From Octopus sinensis (lineage: Eukaryota): 64,000 nt of DNA. The translations under genes and the position numbers were made by a program. The notes below the pieces were generated by a model. That model was not told where the DNA came from. It saw only the letters and a program-made list of their open reading frames with translations, and searched no databases. Within the stretch, counting starts at the first letter, position 1, and each line of letters starts with the position of its first letter. The DNA lies in assembly GCF_006345805.1 (NCBI RefSeq), contig NC_043003.1:52390001-52454000 (forward strand), in the 5' to 3' direction. Shown in pieces: positions 38,603 through 51,121 of the stretch.

Positions 38603-40355
38603 TGCAACTTTGACCCTCTATAAATCCTAAATTTTATTTTAGAATTTATGGGAGTAAATGTCTTTGAAGACTCATTGTTGAATGCTCGAAATGAGTAGAC
38701 AGCAGACAATTGATGAAGGGTCCTTTCTTTGTGTTTACTCGTCCTGTTTTCCAATTTTTCCTCGTTGTCTACATATTTCATGTTAGTTGCACCATTGATG
38801 GCGTCCTGTACCCACATGCATGTGTGTGTGTATGTATATATATATATATATATATATAATTTTTTTTTATCACATACATACATACATGCATACATACATA
38901 CATACATACATACACGCCAGGTTTCTTTCAGTTTCCGTCTACGAAATCCACTCACAAAGTTTTGGTCTGCCCAAATTGCCCTAATTTCCACGCAGTGGGA
39001 CTGAACCTTGAACAACTTGGTTGGGAAGCTACGCTTGCACCTGTCCCCTTTTATTTCAAAGATCCCTAACACATAATATAGTGCTCCCAAGGACATGACC
39101 GTGACACTCTGGACGATCGCCAGAGTTGTCGGTACACCGAGCCAGACTTGGGTGGCCGAGTCAGCTGATAATGCATGTACTGAGCCTGCACGCGGCACGC
39201 AAAGCAAAAGGTAACTCTAACCAGCTTATTCATCGAATTCCAATAATAGGATGATAAAATAATGAAATTAAATGTCAATGAGATGCAGTTATAGAAAATT
39301 TTATATCATTTTATATGAAACGAGAGTATTTATGAACTTTCTTTATATAACCAATACTCCACCTTTTTATTGTTTCAAAAGTCTACGCTGTTTAATGTTC
39401 TGTACTAAATATTTTCCCATGTGGCTAGAATTTACTCAAAGAATACATGTTTGCTGCATCTCTGACAAGTGTTCATGTTGCTTATCTCTCCATTCATAAA
39501 CGTATAAGTGGAAAGACTTATAAACTGGTGTTAGGAACATATATTACTTGAGCTGTTCCATTTTGTGTAAAGTACTTCAGATAAACATTTAAGAATTCAA
39601 ATGACATCCACACTGTTCATGCATATTGAATTCCTTAAACAACAATTTTCCTACTTCAAAATCCTAAGTCTCCTTTATCATTGTTTTCGTTTCTCTTTAA
39701 AAAGGTGATATGTATTCCAATCTGCCACAATACAGCATGTTTGAACTCTCTGTTGTTTCGGGCTATCTGCGTTATCTACGTCTGGCAGTAAATCTATATC
39801 TGATCCTTTTGAATAAGAAACTGAAACCACCCGTCTGGGCATATCTCTAAGGATTCCAACACAACCGAGTCCATGACCCCACAGGATCTCACATGTAGTT
39901 TACCAACAGCAATACGGGCAAATAACATTTGGAAAAATTCACTCACTACTAACTGGGAAATTTTTATTTATCGCTAGAGAAAAGTAAGAGATAGCTTTGT
40001 AAATAGCCTTGTTTGTAAGTATTTCTGAGTATGCCTTTTAAATAAATTTGGTGTCAGAGATGCAACAAGCACGTATTCTTTGAGTAAATTCTAACCACAT
40101 GCAGGCAGAATATGTTTAATGTAAAATGTTACACAACGCAGCAAGCGCTCGGGAACAGGATGTTCGGGTAGTGCGCTTGCACCAGCTAAAAGATTTTTTG
40201 GGGTGCAAAAATCAAAATTTGCAACCACTAATTACCTATCCAAGTCTTAGGAAAAGTGTCTAAAAATTGATCCGTAAAAAGTTATATTTGTTCTCCAAAC
40301 AAGAACAAAGAACTAAAATAAATAAAAAGAAACCTCCCAAAAATCCCTAAAAAGA

Positions 40356-40390
<35 letters not shown>

Positions 40391-40396
40391 TATACA

Positions 40397-40435
<39 letters not shown>

Positions 40436-40782
40436 CAACAACAACAGCCATGGTCACTCCTCAATACTAACACAATCGATGATCTATTAAACTCTACAAT
40501 GAAGAGCTCTTCACTTTCCAGCTATCCAAGTTTCTCATTTCCTCTGAATACAATTGACTCCATCATCTTTACCTTTGCCATCATGTTCTACTACTATGAC
40601 TCTTAGCACGCCTAAACAACAACAACAACAACAACACAAGACCAACATCCACAGTCACTCTTCAATACTAGTACAATTGATGATGACCTATTAAACAACG
40701 CAGTTCTTAGATCTTCTCCGCAGCCAGGTCACTCAAATTCCTCTCAGAATAACACAAAAGATCCATAATCACCATTGCTACA

Positions 40783-40792
<10 letters not shown>

Positions 40793-40859
<67 letters not shown>

Positions 40860-40864
40860 ACTAC
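40793..40864. repeat. (CTA)n trinucleotide tract
   Basis: Direct reading. Confidence 0.95.
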
Positions 40865-41396
40865 TCCAATTAGTGAAGAATCACTTCTTTCTCTCACCCT
40901 CCCCACCACTGTTCGTCTCAATCTGAATGTATACCTCATAATTCCATAATAAATCTACCAACTGTAAATAAAGTAAAATTATTAACACGCGAAACCCCAA
41001 AATATGCTGCTATTCTCAACGCGAGAGACTATGCATACACAGTGACTGCAACTTCACTCATTTACCTGGGACAAGACGCACAATTCGTACAAGCACTACC
41101 AGCCAACGCCGAAGCACATATCTTACAACACCACCGCCACCATTAAATGCTAAATCATACTTAATAGCTTCTACACATGTAATCCGGAATCCTAAAATCT
41201 GCTGCTATTCCAAATTCGATAAATTATGTCTGAAATGTGACTCTCTCTTCGCTCATCTTCCAGGGACTCGACGCACTATTAAAAGCATGACTCCAAGGCA
41301 CCACCAAATCCATAGTAGAAACATTCCTTACAGTGGCAGTGTTGATCCAGACTTCCGCCGAAACCCAGAAGTCACCCAGATATCCATCGGATACAA

Positions 41397-41691
41397 TTTT
41401 GTTTGTTCCTTCTCGAGCCATGTCTGGCTCATAAGGGCCGGTTTCCCGGTTTCCTTGGCGTATAGGTTCCCCACCTGGACGGGACGCCGGTCCGTCGCAG
41501 GTGAGCTGCAAGATGCAGGAGGAAAGTTGTGGCGAAAGAGTCAGCAGAGATTCGCCATTACCTTCTGTCGGAGCCGTGAGAAGCTTAGGTGTTTTGCTCA
41601 TAAATACACACATCGCCCGGTCTGAGATTCGAACCCGCGATCCCTTGACCGCGAGTCCGCTACTCTAACCACTAGACCATGTGCCTCCACT
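41397..41691 (-). mobile_element. SINE family A with 11-bp TSD
   Basis: Head gtggaggcacatggtctagtggttagag...gggttcgaatctc; TSD atcggatacaa at 41386-41396 and 41692-41702. Confidence 0.9.
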
Positions 41692-42047
41692 ATCGGATAC
41701 AACAGTAAAATCAACACCAGCAAACCATATAACTACAACCATATTCAACAGTGCAACCATAACACCTCCAGACAACAACTCCTCCCAAAACAAGAAAATT
41801 ATTTTTTAGCCATGATAAATCTGGCAAAAGAAATAAAGAATAAAACCTTTCCGTACTCACACAATACCAACCACTGCTATTACCCCAGGGCACTACCACG
41901 CACTTGCTATTATTAACTAACAAAGTCAACTCAATAATAATAATGAATGTATAATGTCTTTCACACTTCACAAATCGAACAAAAGTATCATAACTTAGAA
42001 ACTTTAGACACCGAGAAAAGACTATATGTTTAGTACTGAGAGAAGCT

Positions 42048-42633
42048 TGTAGTGATACTATGACGGTGCGCGCTCGCGCACCGTCCATTTGTATTTCGCG
42101 CGTGTTGGTGCCTTTACCAAGGCAGAGAAAGGAAGGGCCCTCTCGCGCATGCGCGAACCACCGGAAGCACGACCCTGGCCAAGGCAGGGGGATCGTAGAA
42201 CGTTTGACCGCTAGCAGCAGCAGCGGCGACTTGGGACAGCAGCGACCTAAGGAGCAGGACGTTAATATTTTCTCTCCGTTCGAACTGATTCTAGCAGTCC
42301 TTACCAAAAGGCCTTTAACCAAAATTGTTGCAGACCAACATCGTCTCCATTGTTCGACGCCATCTTGAACCCGTTCTGTTTTTGCGGCTGAATATTGTAA
42401 ATATTACAATCGATTAACTTTCAGCCTTGCGCGCCCAGAACCAAGGACATCAGATAACACACTTATTGTTATTGTTATCAAGAAAGAGAATAAAGTAGTA
42501 TATATATATTTTACGTCTGCGTCTTGTTGTTTCTGACTGGTAGAGAATCTGGATTATTAAAGCAACGGCTAGTGATTGCTTTCTTGTACCCCGAAAGTAC
42601 AAGACAAGATACTCACATCATAGGTTCGTTACA
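42048..42633 (+). repeat. 5' LTR
   Basis: tgtagtgatact...gttcgttaca; AATAAA at 42489-42494; CpG-rich 5' part. Confidence 0.93.
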
Positions 42634-42634
42634 C

Positions 42635-42655
42635 TGGTGACCTCCCGACGTGATT
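42635..42655 (+). other. Primer binding site, tRNA-Trp-type
   Basis: TGGTGACCTCCCGACGTGATT vs TGGTGACCCCGACGTGATT (complement of the eukaryotic tRNA-Trp 3' end) with a 2-nt insertion, 1 nt after the LTR. Confidence 0.8.
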
Positions 42656-44133
42656 CTGGTCTAAAACCAGAGATCACTTAACAACAAAGAAATCCAGTTT
42701 TCTGCGAAGTCGGAACACGATTTAACTCTACGCATCATCTTTCGACGATTTGTTTCCGGCCACTACAAACAGTTGTAGAAGGAGCCTCTTTCTTATTCTA
42801 CAGCCATGATGACGAACGCCATCAATTCATCGATGCTTTTTCTCTGCCTTCGTCATCACCATCGTCGTCTGTCTTACTTCACGTCGTCGCTATCTTCGTC
42901 ACCATCATCACTAAGAACGATGTTGTCTCAAGTCCACTACAGTCGCCACCACCACCGTCGACCTCCACAAGATGTACATAGCAACTCGCGGAAGTTTGGT
43001 CCACTTGCCGTTTGTGCATTAGCACACCAAGAATTCACAGCCCAGCACTATCTACGAGATTTCTTCTGTTCCAGTTAACCTGTTCCAGTTAACACGATAT
43101 GTGTTCAATCGGCATCTGCATTTGTGATCTCAACATTCTGTTACAGAACGAACTGCTATTGTACATCAGGCTATTACAGACTGGTAAATTAACTCTTGTC
43201 TGGGATAGCCATGAGAGACATTTTTCTATGCGCTGTTTTTATATTTTGCTCGCATTCACCTTGTATGTATTTCTGTCGCACACACGTACACACACATAAA
43301 TGCTCTCTCTCACATACATACGTCACACATGCTTTTCTCGCTTGTTTTTTTTCCATGCTAAATTTGCCTTTTGTGGACACCCCTCATTTCTATAGACCCT
43401 AGGTCGGTCACGTATACATAGAGAGGGTTGTTTGTCCATTATAACGCGCCAGCATGCCATACCTTTGTTCCTGTACGAACGAGGCATATAATCGCTCAAC
43501 CACTGGCATATTCTTGCTGTTTTTCGGTCTGGCAAGCACTATTGCATTTCATGCGTTTTTTGCTTCGCACGTGTACTTGCCTTGTTTTTGCAACACGTTT
43601 GCGTTGGCTTAGTTCTTTTCCCGACTCATAGGACGTCGGATGTTCACATGCGCTGCGCCATGTTTAGGCGTAATTATTTTTCCCTGTTAGACCACTGTTG
43701 GTCACGTAATTAACAGAAAATTATCTGTGTCGCGCATCACACCCGCATGTTTGCACTTTTGCCTTTTGTGTTACTAGCGAGCTTCTGTCAATTCCATTTC
43801 CTCTCCTGCAGCAATTGATTTAACTGCTATTTTGCAGGATCAACCACCTTTAGAGAAGTTGGATTTAATTTCGCCTAGGTTCATTAACTGTGAGTTTTGC
43901 TTTTCCCTCCGCTCCTTTCAGCGGAAGGCTCTATACTTTGTGACGTATACACTTTCATGCATGCACTCTTGATTTTTGCTCATTGAGTATTTTTTTTCTC
44001 TTTTTCCTTTAGTAAATTTCTTGTGTATGTTATAAATTTTGCCATTATATTATTGTGTGCTATTTGGTTATCTGGTGTCCACCTTGAGTTTTGCAGTCAC
44101 TACAATAAGTTTCCTTTCGTGCGTACGCACTGC

Positions 44134-44140
44134 AGGGGAG
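44134..44140 (+). other. Short polypurine tract
   Basis: AGGGGAG ending 3 nt before the 3' LTR TG. Confidence 0.7.
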
Positions 44141-44143
44141 CCT

Positions 44144-44729
44144 TGTAGTGATACTATGACGGTGCGCGCTCGCGCACCGTCCATTTGTATTTCGCGCGTG
44201 TTGGTGCCTTTACCAAGGCAGAGAAAGGAAGGGCCCTCTCGCGCATGCGCGAACCACCGGAAGCACGACCCTGGCCAAGGCAGGGGGATCGTAGAACGTT
44301 TGACCGCTAGCAGCAGCAGCGGCGACTTGGGACAGCAGCGACCTAAGGAGCAGGACGTTAATATTTTCTCTCCGTTCGAACTGATTCTAGCAGTCCTTAC
44401 CAAAAGGTCTTTAACCAAAATTGTTGCAGACCAACATCGTCTCCATTGTTCGAAGCCATCTTGAACCCGTTCTGTTTTTGCGGCTGAATATTGTAAATAT
44501 TACAATCGATTAACTTTCAGCCTTGCGCGCCCAGAACCAAGGACATCAGATAACACACTTATTGTTATTGTTACCAAGAAAGAGAATAAAGTAGTATATA
44601 TATATTTTACGTCTGCGTCTTGTTGTTTCTGACTGGTAGAGAATCTGGATTATTAAAGCAACGGCTAGTGATTGCTTTCTTGTACCCCGAAAGTACAAGA
44701 CAAGATACTCACATCATAAGTTCGTAACA
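44144..44729 (+). repeat. 3' LTR
   Basis: tgtagtgatact...gttcgtaaca. Confidence 0.93.
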
Positions 44730-45330
44730 AGCTCATCTAATCCCAGACATATTGGATGCGGAAGTGCATATGTTAGGTTATGTACTACGCATAACTGACC
44801 GCAGAATACAGAAACAGGGAGTAGCGCTCTTTATCCAGAAACAAATGTTCTCCTCTTCCACTTCCAATATAGTGTGTGATACACTAATAATGCATGTCAT
44901 CGATTTCAGTATGATCATAGGCATTACCTACCGACTTCCTGACGCGCTTAAGCACGGAGATCACTTCAGTGACGCTCTGTGACTCATAAGTCAAACTCTA
45001 AGTGGGGTCAGCCCACAGGCCAATGTACTTTTACAGGAGACTTTAATTTTCCTAGTCTCAGCTGGCCTGAGGTCTATATCCAACCTGGAATTAAACAACT
45101 GAACAGGAAAGATATGAATGCTTTTCTCGATACCACTAAATACTTCCTCATGCAACAAATCATTACCAACCCGACTAGGGGAAATAACATACTCAACCTA
45201 GTCTTTACCATCAATACAGACTTCATTCACAATGTTCAGATTATTCCAACTGCTATTTCGTTCTATAACGTAATACAATTATCTGTATATTGTTCGAAGA
45301 GGGCAACACACACACACACACGCACGCACG

Positions 45331-45391
<61 letters not shown>

Positions 45392-45899
45392 ACACACACA
45401 CACAAATAACATCAAGCATGACACATCCTCCGTCCATGAACTTGAATTTTTGGAAGACCGAGAAGGAAATCGAAATTGAAATCCTCGAAACAAACTGGTC
45501 TCAGTATATTGGCAACTTCAATGTTAACGAGAGAATGAAGTTTCTGTACGAAGAATTAATTAAGATCTGTTGAAAGCATACCCCATATAAACACGCCTAT
45601 TCCTCCAAGAACTTGATTCAAAAAGATAGACTTATACTAATGCGTAACAGAATCAAATAAAAAAAACTAAAAAAAAAAAAAAAAAAAAAAACTCTCTCAA
45701 GAGATGAGGTTAAGAAAAAGTAAAAAGAATAAAGAACATCGAACTGGTCTAAAACTATTTCATGAAAAAGAAATTTCGCTCAGGGAACATCGAGCAGTGG
45801 AGAATATAAAGTCTAATCATAAGCCCTTTCCTACTTTACTAAACAAAAAATCATCTAGTCACAACCAGATTGGCTCTGTAATGGACCAAATTGGATCTC

Positions 45900-46325
45900 T
45901 TTTTCTCTTTTCTCTTTTCTCTTTTACTTGTTTCAGTCATTTGACTGCGGCCATGCTGGAGCACCGCCTTTAGTCGAGCAAATCGACCCCGGGACTTATT
46001 CTTTTTTTTTATAAGCCCAGTACTTATTCTATCGGTCTCTTTTGCCGAACCGCTAAGTGACGGGGACGTAAACACACCAGCATCGGTTGTCAAGCGATGC
46101 TAGGGGGACAAACACAGACACACAAACACACATACATACATATATATATATACATATATATGACAGGCTTCTTTCAGTTTCCGTCTACCAAATCCACTCA
46201 CAAGGCATTGGTCGGCCCGGGGCTATAGCAGAAGACACTTGCCCAAGATGCCACGCAGTGGGACTGAACCCGGAACCATGTGATTGGTTAGCAAGCTACT
46301 TACCACACAGCCACTCCTGCGCCTA
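45900..46325 (-). mobile_element. Family-C SINE inserted in the CR1-like LINE
   Basis: Near-consensus full-length copy with internal (TA)/(TACA) tract and ctttt-repeat tail. Confidence 0.88.
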
Positions 46326-47347
46326 TATATACTAATGATTAATAGTATATATCATATACTAATGATTAATCACAAATACGCATCCTCTTGAGTCAACAGT
46401 ATAACTGCATTTTGCCAACATATAGTTAACAAAATAATATATAAGCCAAACAAATTTTTTGATCATTAGAACTCAGATGCAGAGACACATCTAAAAATTA
46501 ATGATGTTATGGAAGATGATATACTTACAGCTATTAATGATGTAAATTCAAGCTTAACATCTGGATCAGATGGTCTCCCAGCCATACTGTTAAAAACGAG
46601 AAAAAAAAACCTTGTGAAACTATTAAAGATACTAATTCAAAAGTCGCTAGATACCGGCATATTCCCAAAACTACTGAAAGAGCCAATAGGAAGTTGCCAG
46701 GATGAAGCAAAAAATTACAGACCTGTTTTAGTCCCATCTCACACACCTAAAATTATCAAAAGTATTGTCCAAAAAAGAATATTTACATACCTTGAGGAAA
46801 ACAATCTCTTAGATGACGCACAACATGGTTTTTAACAGGACGAAGTTGCCTGTCACAACTATTACAGTACCATAGCACTGTTCTCAATAATCTCATGTAT
46901 ACACTGACTGTATATACCTTGTATTCACTGACTGTATACACCTTGATTTTGCTAAGGCCTTTGGCAAGATTGTCAGTGGAATCAGCTATCATAAGTCAAG
47001 AAATCACAGGAAAAACTCGAAGAATGACTCTTTGACTTCTTACACAGTAGGAGTCAATATGTTACTGCAAATGGCTTTCTCTCTGCTAAGTCACCTGTAA
47101 TAAGTGGTATACTCCAGGGAACGGTTCTAGGACCATTATTATTTATCCTCACCGTATCAGGTATAGCGTTACAAGTTACGGTAGCGATGCACAAATATCG
47201 ATCGTTACCCAAGCTCCCGAAGACATCATCACACTCCAAAATGAATTAAACCTCATTTGTCAATGAGCAAATAAAAAAACAATATGAAATTTAATATATT
47301 ATATATCGGTGGAATTGTTATAACGGCTGATTGGTTCCACTTTTATA

Positions 47348-47579
47348 TATTTCTTTACTACCCACAAGGGGCTAAACACAAAGGGGACAAACAAGGACAG
47401 ACAAACGGATTAAGTCGATTACATCGACCCCAGTTCGTAACTGGTACTTAATTTATCGACCCCGAAAGGATGAAAGGTAAAGTCGACCTCAGCGGAATTT
47501 GAACTCAGAACGTAACGGCAGACGAAATACGGCTACGCATTTCGCCCGGCGTGCTAACGTTTCTGCCAGCTCGCCGCCT
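47348..47579 (-). mobile_element. Young D1 SINE with 17-bp TSD
   Basis: TSD ttggttccacttttata at 47331-47347 and 47580-47596. Confidence 0.92.
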
Positions 47580-49269
47580 TTGGTTCCACTTTTATAATGT
47601 GGTGTTTTATCTTATTTATATAGTTTCTATTTGGAATAGATAATACATATATTTTATTTCTTGAGTAAGAATCTATATTGATAAACCTGTCACTTATAAC
47701 TTAATTATATGCATTATCACTATACATAAACCTCAACTCAAGCTACATAAACGCCGTGGTGAAAAGTATATATGTCAAGATGCTTGAAAGGACATGTTGA
47801 ATGTGCATGTATGTTGAAGATAAGTTCGTGTTCTTCTTCACCGCTATAAAAACAGTTTCATAATTGCCGAAATTAATTTCATTAACAGGTTGGAAAGAAG
47901 TGAAGAAAGAGAAAATGTATACTACATTGGTTTATTTATATACATTTAATATTTACAGTACATTTAGAAGTAAGTAAATTTGTCGTAGAGAGTTACGACA
48001 TAAATTTATTACTACCTAATTCCTTCATACTATCAGAGTTTACACATCAATTCAAATAAGTCTTGTTGGATTTAAGTAATAGACATGGCATAAAAATAGC
48101 CAATATCTCAAAGGAGTGAGTGTCGTGAAGTTTATTAACAACCAGCGATCACTATTGTGAGTGTCGTGGAGTTCAGTCGCAACCAACGATCAGGGTTTTT
48201 ATAACTGCCCATACCTGAACCGTATTTCGTGAAAGAATTCTCTTTGACGAAAGTTTAGAATTCAAATATGGGCAATAATTTTAACCAATGGGAAACCAAC
48301 AATTATACTTGTTCGGGAAACATGACCATTAAGTCATATTACCATCTTTTATGACTTGCTTGCTGCTCATTACAATATCAAAATTCCAGATTCTTCATTA
48401 CGGAGGGAATATACAAAAATCACAATATTTGACACCAGTTAACTCAATGATTCAAAACGCTAATGACATACGGGTCTTAGGAGTAATTATGTCAAGACAT
48501 ACGGGTCTTTCATATGCCACATCACCAAACTGACCTCTAAATGCAGACATCTCACAGGATGGATCTTACGAACCTTCGTAACAAGAGAATCGGACACTTT
48601 GGAAAACCTTCGTTCTGAGCAGATTAGATTACTGCTCACAGCTTTGGTCTCTTAACTCATCCTGTCTCATAGGAGAAATTGAAGGGTTCAAAGAACGTTC
48701 ACCAGTAAAATAATTTGGTTAAAAGCTTTAATTGTCGGGGACATTTGAAAGCGCTACGTCTCTACTCTCTTTAATGTCGAAGAGAGAGATATACTATCTC
48801 CTGGAGGTGCATGTTTCAAAGTTCGGCAATAGAGAGAATTTTAATGCACAGACTGATAAATACTGTCAGCTTCCAAATGTATCAGCTTCGAGATCACGAG
48901 CAAAAACATTTTATTGTATCAGTCAAATATTTAGAGGTCCTTAACTTTTGGCTAAATCAGGATCTTGCCTTCACAAATCTGTTTCTGTACTACCATCTAA
49001 TGAAAGTAGTGTAAACAAGCCGAATGTGATTAATGATATTGACAAGCAATCTATTGTTCCATCATCCCCCGACCTGCAGCCGGTAAATTCTTGTTATGTA
49101 ATTCATGTAAATCATAATGTGGGGGTTGATGTGTCTAATATAAGAAATTACAATAACAACTCAAACATTATAAACACAGCTTCTGATAGCAACTGTTGTA
49201 TCTACATAGACTTTAACAGTATTACACAGATGAGTCCAATATCGCCGTTGAAGCTTATGATAATAATAA

Positions 49270-49680
49270 CATGATTACCTATAATAAATATAATTGTAGA
49301 GATAGAAACCAATGTCCGCTTCAGGATCGATGTCTATGTAAAATTGTAGTATATGAGTGTACCGTAATGACAAACACTAATCCTTTCACTTATATCAGTT
49401 GTCCTACTGACCAAAAGAAGCGATTGTGCAATCATTTCTCTTTTTTTAAACTCAGACATAAGGCTAATAGCACATCATTATTCACGAAAATTTAAGAACT
49501 TAAGGATAATGATATTAAGTTCGACATAATGTGGTACATGATTCGTAGAGCTCAACCATACTCCAATCGCGGGTATAGGTGTGGACTGTGCTGAATGGAG
49601 CTATACGAAATATTAAAAAAATAGGAACAATGATAATTTAATTAATGATAAATTAGATCGTGCATTAACAAAATCCTTTG
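49270..49680 (+). mobile_element. Penelope-like GIY-YIG endonuclease relic
   Basis: YNCRDRNQCPLQDRCLCKIVVYEC...TYI...NHFSFFKLRHKANSTSL...RAQPYSN...CGLC. Confidence 0.75.
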
Positions 49681-50093
49681 TACTTTTAAATAATTTAAAA
49701 GTTTTACATAACCCTTAAGCCCCTGTTTTATCTAACCATCTGGCCACTATACTCTGTCTTTAACTTCTATCACGGTCTGTGTTGTAAAATTACTAATGCG
49801 GTTATATAGTAAAAGATTACCTAGCCTCCCATACCTCAACTGAATTCTTGTTTTAGTTAGTTATAATTTGATTACTCTAATATATCTGTTGCATCTATAT
49901 CATAGGTATTTTAATTGGTACTAAAGACGTGTCTATAATGTAATTGATTTGGCCTCCTACCATACCGTTATTGTATTTTATTACATTTAATTATATCTCA
50001 TTATTTTATCACACCCATTACTTATACCTGTATTAATTGAAAATATAATTAAAAGCTTGCTCTGTGCCTGCAACTACGTAATCGATCCTAGTC

Positions 50094-51105
50094 CGAGTTT
50101 TATTTCATCAATTTTAAAGATTGTTTTATATACTCTGAGTTTGTTTTTAATATTTTCTTTTATATATATTACATTTTTATCATATTGCTGTATTATTGTA
50201 ACAATTCTGCATTTCTCAATGTATACTTTATTATACTTTATTATGAAGTATACCTTATTATACTTTATTATACTTATAAACTAATAATACTACTTCGCAT
50301 TTTCATTTTACTATTATTAACGCGTGCATTTCTACTGATATTTGTAGTGACGCTATCCAACAGCGCGCGCGCGCGCAACGCCACTTCAGCACGCGTGTGC
50401 GGGGGTTTGGAGCCTTCTGGTGAGGCAGAAGGGAAGCGCCCTCTCGCGCATGCGCGAAGACCGGAAGAAGGGAATGATGATGTGGCATTTAGCTGACAGG
50501 AGGCGTGGGAAGGTAAAACCTTAACCAGAAAGCGTCTAGAGACACGTAGCAGTCGGCAGAAGGCTGCCCACACCAAATTGTACCAGACCATATTTTCTTC
50601 GCTCTCTAAGGACGCCATATTTGACCAATTCTGTTTGCTGTTGAACTTGTAAGATTCTTACAAGCGTTAAATTTCAGCCTTGCCACATCCAGAACCAAGT
50701 GGAACCAAATATACCACCTTATTTCTTACTGTTATAAGAAAAATAAAGAGTATATATTTTTACTGTTGCGTTTGTGTTCTTTTGACTGGTAGAATCTGGA
50801 AATCAAAAGAACGGAAATTGTGAATGCACCCGAGTTGCACCCCCAAAAGTGCAACGAGTTTTATTTCATCAATTTTAAAGATTGTTTTATATACTCTGAG
50901 TTTGTTTTTAAATATTTTTTTTTATATATATTACATTTTTATCATATTGCTGTATTATTGTAACAATTCTGCATTTCTCAATGTATACTTTATTATACTT
51001 TATTATGAAGTATACCTTATTATACTTTATTATACTTATAAACTAATAATACTACTTCGCATTTTCATTTTACTATTATTAACGCGTGCATTTCTACTGA
51101 TATTT
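50094..51105 (+). repeat. ~250-bp direct duplication (50094-50343 and 50855-51105) flanking an LTR fragment
   Basis: Copies near-identical (cgagttttatttcatc...ctactgatattt) apart from a small T-tract difference. Confidence 0.9.
50343..50855 (+). mobile_element. 3'-truncated LTR of a sister family to the 42048 element
   Basis: Starts tgtagtga; shares ccctctcgcgcatgcgcgaa..ccggaag, tttcagccttgc..ccagaaccaag, AATAAA and gactggtag(ag)aatctgga; lacks the terminal CA end. Confidence 0.85.
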
Positions 51106-51121
51106 ATATTTTTTATTTATA

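Larger units (their letters stand above)
42048..44729 (+). mobile_element. Complete non-autonomous LTR retrotransposon (Gypsy-type signals, 2682 bp)
   Basis: Two 586-bp TG...CA LTRs differing at 5 positions by eye; 4-bp TSD AGCT (42044-42047 and 44730-44733); PBS and PPT present; 1510-bp interior with no long ORF. Confidence 0.93.
41950..48930 (+). mobile_element. Old CR1-like LINE ORF2 (APE endonuclease plus RT), fragmented by later insertions
   Basis: ICLVLREA|HLIPDILDAEV...TDRR...GVALFI; GDFNFPSLSW; NPTRGNNILNLVF; SGSDGLPAILLK; KNYRPV; LDDAQHGF; SGIPQGTVLGPLLF; KFQILHYG; LDYCSQLW; LKALRLYSL*RRRERY. Confidence 0.85.

Noticed and set aside
40432-40790. Two diverged ~185-bp tandem units starting with (AAC)n
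   Set aside because: Probably LINE-associated low-complexity sequence upstream of the CR1-like ORF2; no spacer structure and no function inferable
42048-42633. CpG-rich island as bacterial contamination or HGT, and LTR as a hammerhead retrozyme
   Set aside because: Explained by LTR structure with TSD inside a host LINE; no CTGANGA...GAAA core found on either strand of the LTR by eye
41711-44464. ORFs 41711-42322, 42060-42368, 44039-44464 and 44068-44418
   Set aside because: They run through the GC-rich LTRs in both directions, cross element boundaries and lack recognisable domains
48948-49274. 108-aa N/S/I-rich ORF
   Set aside because: Low-complexity region directly upstream of the PLE GIY-YIG relic; most likely PLE linker
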